Assembly (NCBI GenBank): GCA_009992175.1
Contig: JAACWA010000010.1
Location: forward strand, 16,864 to 80,863
DNA length: 64,000 nucleotides
Reading direction: 5' to 3'
Origin: an archaeon
GTDB taxonomy: Archaea > Nanobdellota > Nanobdellia > Pacearchaeales > GW2011-AR1
The notes beneath the pieces are model-generated. The model was not told the origin of the DNA. It ran no database searches and saw only the letters and a list, made by a program, of their open reading frames with translations. Each line of letters opens with the position of its first letter. Within the stretch, counting starts at the first letter, position 1. Below, in pieces: positions 38,270 through 48,913 of the stretch. The position numbers and the translations under genes are program-made.

Positions 38270-40051
38270 ATGGTAAAAAAATTTTATATTACAACCCCCA
38301 TTTATTATCCAAATGATGTTCCTCATATTGGGCATGCATATACTACAATTGTAGCAGATGCCCTTTCACGTTGGAATAAACAAAAAGGAAAAGATGTTTA
38401 TTTTTTGACTGGAACAGATGACCACGGAAAAAAAATTGCTGAAACTGCAAGGGAAGCTGGAAAATCTCCTAAAGAGTTTGTTGATATTTTGGTTCCAAAG
38501 TTTAAGGATGCATGGAATAAGTTAGATATAAAATATGACCGGTTTATTAGAACAACAGATAAAGATCATGAAAAGTTAGTCAAAGAAATGTTACAAAAGT
38601 CATATGACAATGGAGACATTTATCTTGGAAAATATGAGGGACTTTATTGTGTGGGGTGTGAAGCTTATTATACAGAAAAGGATTTGGTTGAAAATTGTTG
38701 CCCAATACATAAAAAACCTGTGGAAAAAGTTAAAGAAGAAAGTTATTTTTTTAGGTTAAGCAAGTATCAAAAAGATTTATTAAAATTATATAAAGATAAT
38801 CCCAAATTTATATATCCAAAAAGTAGAAAACAAGAGATAGTTAATCGTGTTAAAGAGGGATTAAGAGATTTATCCATTTCTAGAACTTCTTTTGATTGGG
38901 GAATTCCATTACCTTTTGATAAAAAACATGTTTGTTATGTTTGGTTTGATGCCCTATTTAATTATCTCTCTGGTTCAGGTAAAAATGAAAAATATTGGCC
39001 TGCAGATCTCCATATAATTGGAAAAGATATTATTTGGTTTCATACCGTTTATTGGCCTGCTTTTTTATTAAGTGTTAATAAAAAATTGCCTAAAGAAATT
39101 TTTGCACATGGTTGGTGGACTTTTGACAGAGAAAAAATTTCAAAATCTCGTGGAAGAGTAATAAATGTTGATGAATTAATTTCTATTACTGGAAACAAAG
39201 ATTCTGTAAGATATTTTTTGTTAAGAGCAACTCCTTTTGGAGATGATGGGGATTTTTCAGAAAAGGTATTAATTGATAGGCATAACAATGAACTTGCAAA
39301 TAAACTTGGAAATTTAGTTAGTCGTGTTTCTGGTTTAATTGAAAAGTTTGGAGTAGAAAAAACAACGAATAAACTTTTGAAAAAATTGGATGAGAAAAAA
39401 ATTAATAGTTTAATGGAAAATTTTGAAGTGGATAAGGCTTTAAACGAAATTTTTAGTTTTATTGATAGATGTAATGAGTATGTTCAAGAAAAAAAGCCTT
39501 GGGAAACAAAAGACAAGAAAATTTTGTTCGAATTAAAGGAGTCTATCTTAAAAATCAGTGAAGTTCTTTTACCATTTATTCCTGAAAGTGCTGAAAAAAT
39601 AAAAAAACAGTTTTTGGCAAAAAAAATTGTTAAAGAAAACCCTCTTTTTATTAAAATTGAAGAGAAAATTGAGGAAAAAGCTAATAAACAAGAAAAGCTT
39701 ATTGGAATTATGGATACTAAAGAAGCAGATTTTTCAGATTGGGAGAAATTAGATTTAAGAGTTGCACAAATAAAAAGTGTTGAAGATGTTGAAGGAGCGG
39801 ACAAACTTTACAAGATTACTCTTGATGTTGGAGAAATTGGTAAAAGAATTATTTGTGCGGGTTTGAAACAGTTTTATTCAAAAGATAAATTAAAAGGCAA
39901 AAGAATAATTTATTTTTCAAACTTGAAACCACGTGTTTTAAGAGGAATTGAGTCTCAAGGAATGCTTCTTGCAGCTTCTAACAAAGAAAGAACAAAAGTT
40001 TCATTAATTGCTCCAGATTCAGAAATTGAGTTAGGTTCAACTATTGGTTAA
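38270..40051 (+). CDS. metG: methionine--tRNA ligase with C-terminal tRNA-binding OB domain
   Basis: TTPIYYPN..PHIGH, YVWFDAL, IGKDI, KISKS, GIESQGMLLAA. Confidence 0.97.
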   Translation: MVKKFYITTPIYYPNDVPHIGHAYTTIVADALSRWNKQKGKDVYFLTGTDDHGKKIAETAREAGKSPKEFVDILVPKFKDAWNKLDIKYDRFIRTTDKDHEKLVKEMLQKSYDNGDIYLGKYEGLYCVGCEAYYTEKDLVENCCPIHKKPVEKVKEESYFFRLSKYQKDLLKLYKDNPKFIYPKSRKQEIVNRVKEGLRDLSISRTSFDWGIPLPFDKKHVCYVWFDALFNYLSGSGKNEKYWPADLHIIGKDIIWFHTVYWPAFLLSVNKKLPKEIFAHGWWTFDREKISKSRGRVINVDELISITGNKDSVRYFLLRATPFGDDGDFSEKVLIDRHNNELANKLGNLVSRVSGLIEKFGVEKTTNKLLKKLDEKKINSLMENFEVDKALNEIFSFIDRCNEYVQEKKPWETKDKKILFELKESILKISEVLLPFIPESAEKIKKQFLAKKIVKENPLFIKIEEKIEEKANKQEKLIGIMDTKEADFSDWEKLDLRVAQIKSVEDVEGADKLYKITLDVGEIGKRIICAGLKQFYSKDKLKGKRIIYFSNLKPRVLRGIESQGMLLAASNKERTKVSLIAPDSEIELGSTIG

Positions 40052-40052
40052 G

Positions 40053-40361
40053 ATGAAAAACAATAAAAAAAAGAAATTCAGAAAGTTTGATTTTACTCTA
40101 ATTTTATTTGCGATTCTAATTGTTTTTGGGACTATTGTGGGAGTTTATGCAATTGCTTCAAATGGAAATTCTTTAAACAAAAATTCAGAAAATACATGTA
40201 ACTTGTTTCAGAGTCAAATAAATAATTTTGAAAAAATTTATGGAAATAACTTTTTTTCTGAGGGGGATAGAATTTGTTTTGTTCCTTCTGGAATTGGAGA
40301 AATAAAGTGTTTTAGTTCTCTTCCAAAAGACTATACTTCTGAAATGTCTTGTGGAAAATAA
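40053..40361 (+). CDS. hypothetical membrane-anchored protein
   Basis: Basic N-terminus, TM, four Cys. Confidence 0.65.
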   Translation: MKNNKKKKFRKFDFTLILFAILIVFGTIVGVYAIASNGNSLNKNSENTCNLFQSQINNFEKIYGNNFFSEGDRICFVPSGIGEIKCFSSLPKDYTSEMSCGK

Positions 40362-40468
40362 TTTTTGTATTATATCTTTTATAAGATATACTTTACAAAA
40401 TATGCTTTAAAATGATTTTTTTGAAATAATTATTATTTTATAAACTTTTTTTCTTATTTGAAGAAATA

Positions 40469-40765
40469 ATGGAAGAAGCTTATCTAAAATGTAAATATTC
40501 AGAAGGTCTTTTTTCAGATGAGTATTTTATAAATTTTAAGGGTTCATTTGAAAGAGAGGATAGTTTAGGAGATGGATTTACTGTTATGAAAGAAAGGTTT
40601 ATTGTTAAGGACAAAACTTCAGGGTTAATGCCAATCATAATTGAAACAACTGGGAAACTCACTTCTAAGATCCGTCTTAATGGAATAAAAGACGCTAGTG
40701 CTGGAGCTTTTTTTACAGTTCCAAACGAAGAAATATTCCCAAATAATCCCTTTCCATATAATTAA
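40469..40765 (+). CDS. hypothetical protein
   Basis: 98-aa ORF with TTTTATAAA ~30 nt upstream. Confidence 0.65.
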   Translation: MEEAYLKCKYSEGLFSDEYFINFKGSFEREDSLGDGFTVMKERFIVKDKTSGLMPIIIETTGKLTSKIRLNGIKDASAGAFFTVPNEEIFPNNPFPYN

Positions 40766-40768
40766 TTA

Positions 40769-41536
40769 TTAACCAAAAAATCTTTTGAACCTTTCAAAGA
40801 GAGTTTCTTTGTCTTTATCTGAATCATATTCAATTTCTAAAATTCCCGCAGCAATTTCTTTATATGCTCTTGCAGATTTTGATTTTGGATGAACCCAAAC
40901 AAGAGGATTCTTTTTTCTTAAGGCATCTTGAACCAAGATATCTTCAGGAATCATTCCCAAAATAGGGATTTCAAGCATTTCTTTTACAGTTTCAGGAGAT
41001 AGTTCATAATCGTTTTTTCTAACTCTTGTGATAATTATTCCTTTAATTGGTTTTTTAATTCCTTCCGCGACTTTTATTGTTTTTAGTGCATCAGTTATTG
41101 CAGGCATTTCTGGATTTGAAACTAAAATTATTTCATCCGCCATTTCAATTGCAGACATTGCTTCTTTTCCAAGTCCAGCAGAGCAATCAAGTATAACAAT
41201 ATCTGCTAAATTTTGAAATTCTTTTTTAAAATCTTTCAATTTTTCCATTTTAAGTTTTTTTAGTTCTTTAACGGATAGAGAGGAGGGAATAATTTTTATT
41301 CCAGATTCGTGAGTATAGACTGCTTCATAAGGATGAGCCTTCTTTTGGAGAATGTGGTTAAGGTTTATTGGAACTTCTGGAGAATTTAGGTGTATTCCTA
41401 CATTTGGAGTAGACATATTCGCATCAATTATTAAAACATCATGGTTAAAATATTTCATTGCTGTTCCTAGATTTATCGCAGTAGTTGTTTTTCCAACTCC
41501 TCCTTTTCCCGAAGCAATTACAATTATTTTTTTCAT
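40769..41536 (-). CDS. minD: MinD/ParA-family ATPase
   Basis: ASGKGGVGKTT, LDCSAGLG, NPEMPAITDA, IPED. Confidence 0.93.
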   Translation of the reverse strand: MKKIIVIASGKGGVGKTTTAINLGTAMKYFNHDVLIIDANMSTPNVGIHLNSPEVPINLNHILQKKAHPYEAVYTHESGIKIIPSSLSVKELKKLKMEKLKDFKKEFQNLADIVILDCSAGLGKEAMSAIEMADEIILVSNPEMPAITDALKTIKVAEGIKKPIKGIIITRVRKNDYELSPETVKEMLEIPILGMIPEDILVQDALRKKNPLVWVHPKSKSARAYKEIAAGILEIEYDSDKDKETLFERFKRFFG

Positions 41537-41976
41537 TTTTCATTTAGCCTTTTTTTAGTCATATCAATAAATTTTTCTAACATCTCAGCATATTCTTTTA
41601 ATTTTTCAAGATTAATATTTATCTCTTTTCCTCTAAAGATTACTTTTAAATTTACATTTTTTCTAAATTCTCCAATTCTTTCAGTTTTTAAGCTTTCAAT
41701 TTTTCTTAACATCATAAAAAAATCAATAGTATCGAGAGAATTTTGATCTTTTTTTAATAATTCTTTTATTTCTGCAATTCTTCCCATTGCATTTTCAGAC
41801 ACTTCTTTCACTTTTCCCCTTCTTTTTGCATCTTTTAAGAGATGAATTATGCAAGTATCAATCATTTTTCTCCACCGAAGTAGAAGGTTCATTATTACAT
41901 CACAAGTTTTGGTGTATTTCAAACTCACATAAAGTAGATGATCCGCACTTATTTTTTCTTGAATTATTTCTTCCAT
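41533..41976 (-). CDS. conserved hypothetical protein
   Basis: ADHLLYVSLKYTKTCDV N-terminus; translationally coupled to minD. Confidence 0.8.
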   Translation of the reverse strand: MEEIIQEKISADHLLYVSLKYTKTCDVIMNLLLRWRKMIDTCIIHLLKDAKRRGKVKEVSENAMGRIAEIKELLKKDQNSLDTIDFFMMLRKIESLKTERIGEFRKNVNLKVIFRGKEININLEKLKEYAEMLEKFIDMTKKRLNEK

Positions 41977-42061
41977 TTTTATTTTGTTTTAATTTTGATA
42001 TTTTTCCATTTTTAAATTAGAAATTAACTTTGGAAAGGGTTTAGACCTTTTTATAATTATC

Positions 42062-42391
42062 TTATGAAAGTTCGAGGATTGCTTCGGCTAGGTCTTTTGT
42101 TTTTTCGAGAGTTTCCTTTGCTTTTTTTTCAGAACAGTTAGTTTTTTCCATAACTGTTTTAATATCCTCCGGGGAAATTTCAACCTCCTTTGACTTTTCA
42201 CTTATTTCTCCAGAAATTTGAAAACTTATTTCTCCCTGCATTTTTATTTTCATTATGGTTGGGTTTTCAATAATGGTCAAATTACCATCTTTTTTTTCAA
42301 TTATTACTTTTTCTGCAGAAATTTCTTCTTGAGAGATTCCCATTTTCTTCATCATCCCTTGCATTTGTTTTGGGTTAACTCCTCCGAACAT
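42062..42391 (-). CDS. nac: nascent polypeptide-associated complex protein
   Basis: NPKQMQGMMKKMGI, FQISG, DLAEAILEL UBA tail; start at MFGG. Confidence 0.93.
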   Translation of the reverse strand: MFGGVNPKQMQGMMKKMGISQEEISAEKVIIEKKDGNLTIIENPTIMKIKMQGEISFQISGEISEKSKEVEISPEDIKTVMEKTNCSEKKAKETLEKTKDLAEAILELS

Positions 42392-42392
42392 T

Positions 42393-42557
42393 TTAAATGG
42401 GATATAGAAAGCTAAGACCAATTCTGAGTCCTATTATTAAAATAATAAAAGCCACTACATGAGTTGGTTTTAACATAAATTTACTTGCATATTCTTCTTT
42501 ATAATTTACCAATCCCCCAAATCCAGATGGAAGACTAATTCCTTGATCTTGTGCCAT
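42393..42557 (-). CDS. secG: preprotein translocase subunit Sec61beta
   Basis: LPSGFGGLVNY.EE...LKP + TM. Confidence 0.88.
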   Translation of the reverse strand: MAQDQGISLPSGFGGLVNYKEEYASKFMLKPTHVVAFIILIIGLRIGLSFLYPI

Positions 42558-42637
42558 ACAAAATTCAAACTTCAATAGTATAAAAATCTTTTTGTGAAAT
42601 GCGGATGTTTTTTAAATTCTCCTTATTTAATTTTTAT

Positions 42638-45007
42638 ATGGATTTAAAAGAAATTAAAAGCTGGTCTCCAGAAATTGAATTAAAATTAATTGGTAAATGG
42701 AAAGATTCAAAAATTTTTGAATTCAAAAATAATTCTAAAAATAAAATTTATTCAATTGATACTCCCCCTCCTTATGTTAATGCTCCAATTCATATTGGTC
42801 AAGCTGTAACATACTGTTACATGGATTTTTTTGCGAGATATAAAAGAATGAAAGGTTTTCAGGTCGTTTTTCCATTGGGCCTTGATAGAAATGGTCTTCC
42901 TATTGAAATGGCTGCCGAAAAGAAGTTTAAAATTTCTCCTTTTGAAGCGGGAAGAGAAAAATTTGTGGATTATTGCAAAAAAATTTTAGAAGAAACTTCA
43001 AGCGAAACTTCTGACACTTTTTCAAAATTGGGAATCTCTTTTACTTCTTATAAAGAAGGAAATCATATTGGGGCAGTTTATTTAACTGATTCTCCAGAAT
43101 ATAGGTCTTTGACCCAATTAACTTTTGTAGATTTATTCAAGAAAAATCTAGTTTATGAAGACAAGAGAATAAATAATTGGGATCCAAAACTTAGAACCAC
43201 TCTTGCAGACTCAGAGATAGAGTATAGGGAAGTTGAATCCAGTTTTAATTTTGTAAAATGGAAGGTGAAAGAGACAGGAGAAGAAATTTTGATAGGTACT
43301 ACCCGACCAGAATTAATTTGTACTTGCGGGATGGTCATTTTTAATCCAGAGGACAAGAGATATAAACATCTTGAAGGAAAAACTGCAGTTACCCCTCTTT
43401 TTGAGAAAGAAGTAAAGATAAAAGCTCATCCTTTAGCACAAGAAGATAAAGGAACCGGCCTTGCTATGATGTGTTCAGCGGGGGATTTAACAGATATTCA
43501 ATTTTTTAGGGAAATGAATCTTGTTCCTCAGATTGCAATTGAAGCTGATGGAAAAATGAATAAAATTGCAGGAGTTCTTGAAGGGTTGAAAGTTAGAGAT
43601 GCAAGGAAAAGAATTATTGAGATTCTTAATGAAAAAAATCTTTTAGATAAACAAGAAAAAGTTATGCATAGGACTCCTATTTCTGAAAGAAGTGGTGCAG
43701 AAATAGAGTTTATAGAAATGCCTGAATTTTATTTAAAACAAGTCCAATTTAAAGACAAAATAAAAAAAATTGCTGAGGAAGTTGATTTTTATCCAAAAGA
43801 AATTAAAAAGATTTTGGATGATTGGATTGAATCCATTTCAATAGATTGGCCAATTTCAAGAAGAAGGTATTATGCAACTCCAATCCCTCTTTGGTATTCG
43901 GGAGAGTATATTGCGGTTCCGAATAAAAAAATTTATGTTGAGCCTTGGAGAGAAAATCCCAAAAAAGATTTTGAAGTTTTAAAAGAAGGAAAAGTTGTAG
44001 GCAAAGTAAAAGATTTTCCCAAATTAAAATGGGAAGGAGAAACAAGAGTTTTTGATACTTGGATGGATTCTTCCATATCCGAACTTAATATTTTGAAATA
44101 CAAGGAAAATGATGTTTTTTTTAAAAAAGCTTATCCATGTTCTTTGCGTGCCCAAGGAAAAGAAATTGTTCGAACCTGGTTTTATTATACTCTTCTTAGG
44201 GGTTTTTTAGAAACAGGAAAATCCTCTTTTAAGGACGCATGGATTCACCAACATATCCTTGATGAGAAAGGATATAAAATGTCAAAGTCTAAGGGAAATG
44301 CAATAGATCCCCAAAAACTTTTGAAATTGTATGGGGGAGAAGCAATTAGGCTTTGGGGAGCAACAGAAGGGGATCTTTCAAAACAAGATTTAAAATGTTC
44401 TGAAGAAAGGATTAGGGGTGAAAAGAAAACCATAAACAAAATATTGAATGTTTCTAAATTTGTTATGATGTTTGAAAAAACCAAAAAACCTAAAATAACT
44501 CCCCTTGACCAATTATTTATTGAGTATATTGAAGATTTGACCAAAAGAATAGGTGAAAATTACGACAAATATGATTTTTATAATTCATCGATAGAATTGA
44601 GAAATTTTTTATGGGAAATTTTTTCATCTCATTATGTTGAAATTGTTAAGGGGAGGGCATACAATCAAGAAAAAAATTTCTCAAAAGAAGAATCAGATTC
44701 GGCGAGATGGACTTTACACTTTTTGCTTGAGAGATTTTTAACTCTTATTTATCCTGTTATTCCCCAAGTAACTTTTTTAATTTTAAAAGAAAAAGGAATA
44801 AATATTTTTGAAGAACTTTTTCCTAAAGGAAAAAAGACAAATAAGGATTTAAAATTAATTGGAGAGATTATTAAATTTAATTCAACAGTATGGAAAAAGA
44901 AAAAAGATTCAGGAGTTAGTTTGAAAGATCCAATTCCAGGAATAAAAATTCCTAAAGAGTTAAATATTTTTGAGAAGGATTTAAAATTCGCACACAATTT
45001 AGTTTGA
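42638..45007 (+). CDS. valS: valine--tRNA ligase
   Basis: SIDTPPPY, HIGQ, TTRPEL, DWPISRRRY, DTWMDSS, KMSKSKGN. Confidence 0.95.
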   Translation: MDLKEIKSWSPEIELKLIGKWKDSKIFEFKNNSKNKIYSIDTPPPYVNAPIHIGQAVTYCYMDFFARYKRMKGFQVVFPLGLDRNGLPIEMAAEKKFKISPFEAGREKFVDYCKKILEETSSETSDTFSKLGISFTSYKEGNHIGAVYLTDSPEYRSLTQLTFVDLFKKNLVYEDKRINNWDPKLRTTLADSEIEYREVESSFNFVKWKVKETGEEILIGTTRPELICTCGMVIFNPEDKRYKHLEGKTAVTPLFEKEVKIKAHPLAQEDKGTGLAMMCSAGDLTDIQFFREMNLVPQIAIEADGKMNKIAGVLEGLKVRDARKRIIEILNEKNLLDKQEKVMHRTPISERSGAEIEFIEMPEFYLKQVQFKDKIKKIAEEVDFYPKEIKKILDDWIESISIDWPISRRRYYATPIPLWYSGEYIAVPNKKIYVEPWRENPKKDFEVLKEGKVVGKVKDFPKLKWEGETRVFDTWMDSSISELNILKYKENDVFFKKAYPCSLRAQGKEIVRTWFYYTLLRGFLETGKSSFKDAWIHQHILDEKGYKMSKSKGNAIDPQKLLKLYGGEAIRLWGATEGDLSKQDLKCSEERIRGEKKTINKILNVSKFVMMFEKTKKPKITPLDQLFIEYIEDLTKRIGENYDKYDFYNSSIELRNFLWEIFSSHYVEIVKGRAYNQEKNFSKEESDSARWTLHFLLERFLTLIYPVIPQVTFLILKEKGINIFEELFPKGKKTNKDLKLIGEIIKFNSTVWKKKKDSGVSLKDPIPGIKIPKELNIFEKDLKFAHNLV

Positions 45008-45045
45008 ATATAAATTTTTAAAAACTTGGGAGTTTCTTCTTTAAT

Positions 45046-45450
45046 ATGGACTCAGTTGCAAAATTTTTTTATGATGAAAGATAATTTCCTAAGATAAAAT
45101 ATTCTTTTGAGCCTATTGGCAAAATTGTGGACACTAGGTTTGGAGATTTGATTGATTCAATACAGACTAATTTGAATTATTACCATGTTCTCAATACTTC
45201 AAACTGGAAAAAGAAGAATGTTCGTTCTTTAGAAATTCTTGCTTTTAGTAGAACAGAAGATAAAGAGGCATTGAAAAATATTTTTTCTTCAATTTTTGTT
45301 AATGATTTTGGAATCACCCCCTATGAAGTTTCATGTAAAGATAAAAAAGATTATTCTCTTATTCAAGAAGTTTTGAGAGAAAAAGGAATAAATAAAAGTT
45401 TATCCCATGGAATTTTAGAGTATTTGATGAATATGAGGTTAATTTTTTAA
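45046..45450 (+). pseudogene. hypothetical protein with in-frame nonsense codon
   Basis: ATG 45046 (TATA ~28 nt upstream) in frame with ORF 45127-45450, interrupted by TAA 45082-45084. Confidence 0.55.
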
Positions 45451-45505
45451 AGTTAGCACCTTGCCTTTCCCAAATATTTAAAATCCCCCTATTTCTTATT
45501 TTAAT

Positions 45506-46600
45506 ATGGCATTACAAGAACCAACAAGAGAAGAATTGAAAGAATTCATTGAATCAATGAAAAATCATCGTGGACGAGCAACCGAGCTTATTACAGTTTA
45601 TATTCCTGCAGGATATGATGTTAATGCGGTTCAACGTCAGCTTGAAGCAGAAAAGTCAACTGCAAAAAATATAAAATCAACTTCTACTAGAAAAAATGTT
45701 TCTGATTCATTGGACAAGATTGTTCGTATCCTCAAAGATTACAAAGTAACTCCTCCTAGAGGAATGGCACTTTTTGCAGGAGATGTTTCACAAGTTGAAA
45801 GTCAATCAGATATTCAAAGTTGGGAGATTAGTCCTCCTGAAGACATTAAAATTAGGCTTTATAGGTGTGACAAGGAGTTTGTTTTAGAACCTTTAGAATC
45901 AATGACTGAAGTTTCAGAAATATATGCTCTTTTAGTAATGGATAGAAAAGAAGCAACTATTGGAAGACTTGTTGGAAAGAGTATTGAAATTTTACAAAAA
46001 ATGAGTTCCGGAGTTCCTTCAAAAGTAAGAGCAGGAGGACAGAGTTCTCAGAGGTTTCACAGAATTACTGAAGGACTTACTAAAGAATTTTATAAAAGAA
46101 TTGCAGACGAAATGAAAAATTTATTTTATGAGGAGGACAAGTTAAAAGGAATTTTAATTGGAGGCCCAGTTCCAACTAAAAATGAATTTGTTGATGGAGA
46201 ATATCTTGCTACAAAATTAAGAGAAAAAGTAATCGGAGTTAAAGATCAAGGAGACACTTCTGAATCCGGACTTCAGGAATTAGTTGGGTTAAGTCAAGAT
46301 GTTCTTGCAAATCAAGAGATAATTTATGAAAAAAAACTTTTAGAAAAGTTTTTTAATAGTTTAGGAAAGGACCCCAAAATGACTCCTTACAAATATGAAG
46401 AAATAAAAAAAGCTTTAGAATTTGGAGCTGTTGACCTTTTAATAATTTCAAAAGAGTTTGATAGGGTAAAAGCTAGTGAATTGAAAAAAATTGCAGGAAA
46501 TATGGGAACTACAATAGAAATGGTTTCAACAGAAACGGATGAAGGAGATCAATTTAACAAACTTTCGGGGATTGGAGCAATACAAAGGTTTGGAATTTAA
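45506..46600 (+). CDS. prf1: peptide chain release factor aRF1
   Basis: TELITVYIP, NIKS, YRCD, AGGQSSQRF, GIGAI.RF. Confidence 0.96.
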   Translation: MALQEPTREELKEFIESMKNHRGRATELITVYIPAGYDVNAVQRQLEAEKSTAKNIKSTSTRKNVSDSLDKIVRILKDYKVTPPRGMALFAGDVSQVESQSDIQSWEISPPEDIKIRLYRCDKEFVLEPLESMTEVSEIYALLVMDRKEATIGRLVGKSIEILQKMSSGVPSKVRAGGQSSQRFHRITEGLTKEFYKRIADEMKNLFYEEDKLKGILIGGPVPTKNEFVDGEYLATKLREKVIGVKDQGDTSESGLQELVGLSQDVLANQEIIYEKKLLEKFFNSLGKDPKMTPYKYEEIKKALEFGAVDLLIISKEFDRVKASELKKIAGNMGTTIEMVSTETDEGDQFNKLSGIGAIQRFGI

Positions 46601-47985
46601 TTCTTACAGTCATATACTAAAACTGCATTGTCCTCATTTAAATCATTTGTCACAGAATAGCTTTTTACTTTTTCACAATTATTTTTTATAAATTCCATTG
46701 GAATTGACGCATCAACGTTAATTAGTTCTCCATTAGAAAGAAGGTAACCTTTTACAATCATAAATTTAACTCCCTTAATCTTTTCTACAACATCTGAAAT
46801 TTTAAATTCATTTGTCATGACATTTTTTGGATTAGTATCAATTAAATCTCCTGCAAGTTTTCTTTGGGATTCCAGGGCTACTAAATGGGCTATTTCAAAA
46901 CTTCCAGAAATTGTTTCATTATCTAGGGAATTTTCTTTAACAAAGTTTGAAATTTCTTTATGGAAGGGTATGTTTGAAGCTGAAGAATAATTAAATAAGT
47001 ATATAGTTGAATTAATTAATATCAACAAGATCAGAATTATTGTCAAAACTTTTTTGAAATTTTTAAAATCTTTAAACTCAAAGATTATTTTTGTTGTGAA
47101 TATCGCAAGAAAACCAATTATTAATCCAAAGTAAAGGTAATAGATGTCAGAATAAACAATATAAAGAATAATTGAAAAAACTGTTGCTAAAATTGGAAGA
47201 GCTAATTTTCTTTTTTCTTTATCAAAAAAGAAATAGACTATTGAGCCTAAAATTAAAAACAAATCTCCAAAAATAAAGAATTTTAATACTGAAAACTTAG
47301 AGAGTCCAATACCTGAAATTAACTTTAATCTAAAGAAGAAGATTTGATTTAGATATTCTCCTTTTGAAATTATCTCAAAAAAGAGACTTATCGGAACTAA
47401 TAAACAAAGAGTTCCCAAAATAAATTTGAAGATTTGTTTTCTTTTATATATCCAAAAATAAATTAGTGATCCCAAAACTGGAAATGGGGCATAAAGACGA
47501 GTTAAAATTGCTAAGCTTGCAAAAATTCCTGCAATAAATGGTTTATCGGTTTCAATAAAATAAATCATTCCCAGAATAAAAAAAGTGGTTATGTGAATTC
47601 CAGTCATGTAGTCTGTTGTTAGTAAAATCAAAAAACTGAAAAGGTAAAGTGTTGAAGCAACCAATCCTTCAAAATTTCCAAATTTTTTTTGCATAAATTT
47701 AAAAATAAAGAATGAACTTCCAACTGTTACAATTATGGGAATTAATTTTAGTAAAATCAAATTTTCTCCAGTAAAAATTTTCATTATTGAAATTAAATAA
47801 ATTTGAAGGGGGGGGCTTGCAAAGAAAAAGTCTCGATATGGAACCATTCCTTCTAAAATTGATTTTGCCATATACATATAGATATATCCATCACTAAACT
47901 TGAATTTAAGTTCAAAAATTTTTAAAATAAAAAAGAGAGAACTAATTATCCAAAATAAGAATTCATATTTATTTTTTATTCTCAT
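46597..47985 (-). CDS. GT-C fold (PMT/GT39-like) membrane glycosyltransferase
   Basis: SDGYIY, G.VPYRDFF...PPL, ~11 TM. Confidence 0.8.
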   Translation of the reverse strand: MRIKNKYEFLFWIISSLFFILKIFELKFKFSDGYIYMYMAKSILEGMVPYRDFFFASPPLQIYLISIMKIFTGENLILLKLIPIIVTVGSSFFIFKFMQKKFGNFEGLVASTLYLFSFLILLTTDYMTGIHITTFFILGMIYFIETDKPFIAGIFASLAILTRLYAPFPVLGSLIYFWIYKRKQIFKFILGTLCLLVPISLFFEIISKGEYLNQIFFFRLKLISGIGLSKFSVLKFFIFGDLFLILGSIVYFFFDKEKRKLALPILATVFSIILYIVYSDIYYLYFGLIIGFLAIFTTKIIFEFKDFKNFKKVLTIILILLILINSTIYLFNYSSASNIPFHKEISNFVKENSLDNETISGSFEIAHLVALESQRKLAGDLIDTNPKNVMTNEFKISDVVEKIKGVKFMIVKGYLLSNGELINVDASIPMEFIKNNCEKVKSYSVTNDLNEDNAVLVYDCKN

Positions 47986-48036
47986 TTTAAACAAAATAAT
48001 AACAAGTTTTTTAATTCTTCTTTTCCCCTATTTTGA

Positions 48037-48429
48037 ATGCCTAAACAAAATGAACTTTCTAAATTTTTAAAATATGCATTAGTGGGGTTTATTGGAATCT
48101 TGGTAAATCTTTTATTTTTGTATCTTTTTACGGAAATTTTTAAGATGTATTATCTTTTTTCTTCAGTAATCTCTTTCTCGATTGCAACTTTTCACAATTT
48201 TTTTATAAATAAAGTTTGGACTTTTAAGGAAAATGTGAAAGATAAAGTTTTCTCAAAAGGGACTAAATTTTTTATTATTTCAGGAATTTCCCTTTTAGTC
48301 AATACTTTCTTTTTGTATCTTTTTACGGATATTTTTGGAGTTTATTATATTTTTTCTCAAATACTTGCTAGTGGATTTACTCTCATTACAAATTTTACTG
48401 GAAATAGACTTTGGACTTTTAAGAATTAA
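48037..48429 (+). CDS. gtrA: GtrA family membrane protein
   Basis: KYALVG, NFFINKVWTF, NFTGNRLWTF. Confidence 0.93.
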   Translation: MPKQNELSKFLKYALVGFIGILVNLLFLYLFTEIFKMYYLFSSVISFSIATFHNFFINKVWTFKENVKDKVFSKGTKFFIISGISLLVNTFFLYLFTDIFGVYYIFSQILASGFTLITNFTGNRLWTFKN

Positions 48430-48912
48430 TTTTTCATAATTTCTTTTGCAATTCGGGGAGTTGAGCGATAGATATAATCCACTACTTTTTCAGACCATTC
48501 TTCATATTCTTTTTGTTTTTTTTCTTCGCTTTTGTTCATTTTTTTAAGTGAAGGATATTCTTCTTCTAAATCTAAAATTCCAGTGTTTTTGTTATAAGCT
48601 AATTTATTAAAAAGAATTGATTCATTTCCAAAGTGATCTTTTATTAATTTTTTATGATTTTTTCCCATGGAAATAATCATATCACTTTCCATTATTAATT
48701 TTTTATTTATTTTTTTATGGTGGTGTTTAAATATGATTCCATATTTTTTTAGTTCTTTTCTTGTAAATTTATTGGGGGTTTCTTTCGAATTTTTAATTCC
48801 AGCAGAATTTACTTTAATTCCTTTTATTTTTTTTAAGATAATCTTTTAAACACTTTTCTGCAGACATGCTTCTAAAAGTATTTCCACTGCATACAAATAA
48901 AATTTTTTTCAT
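48426..48912 (-). pseudogene. low-molecular-weight protein tyrosine phosphatase family, frameshifted
   Basis: MKKILFVCSGNTFRS (CX5R), one extra nt around A8 48827-48834, then VNSAG...SDMIISM. Confidence 0.85.
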
Positions 48913-48913
48913 T

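Noticed and set aside
10164..45084. Stop-codon reassignment to explain in-frame TAA/TAG in four genes
   Set aside because: TAA, TAG and TGA all end conserved genes at expected positions, aRF1 has normal NIKS/GGQ motifs, and three of the four genes also carry frameshifts.
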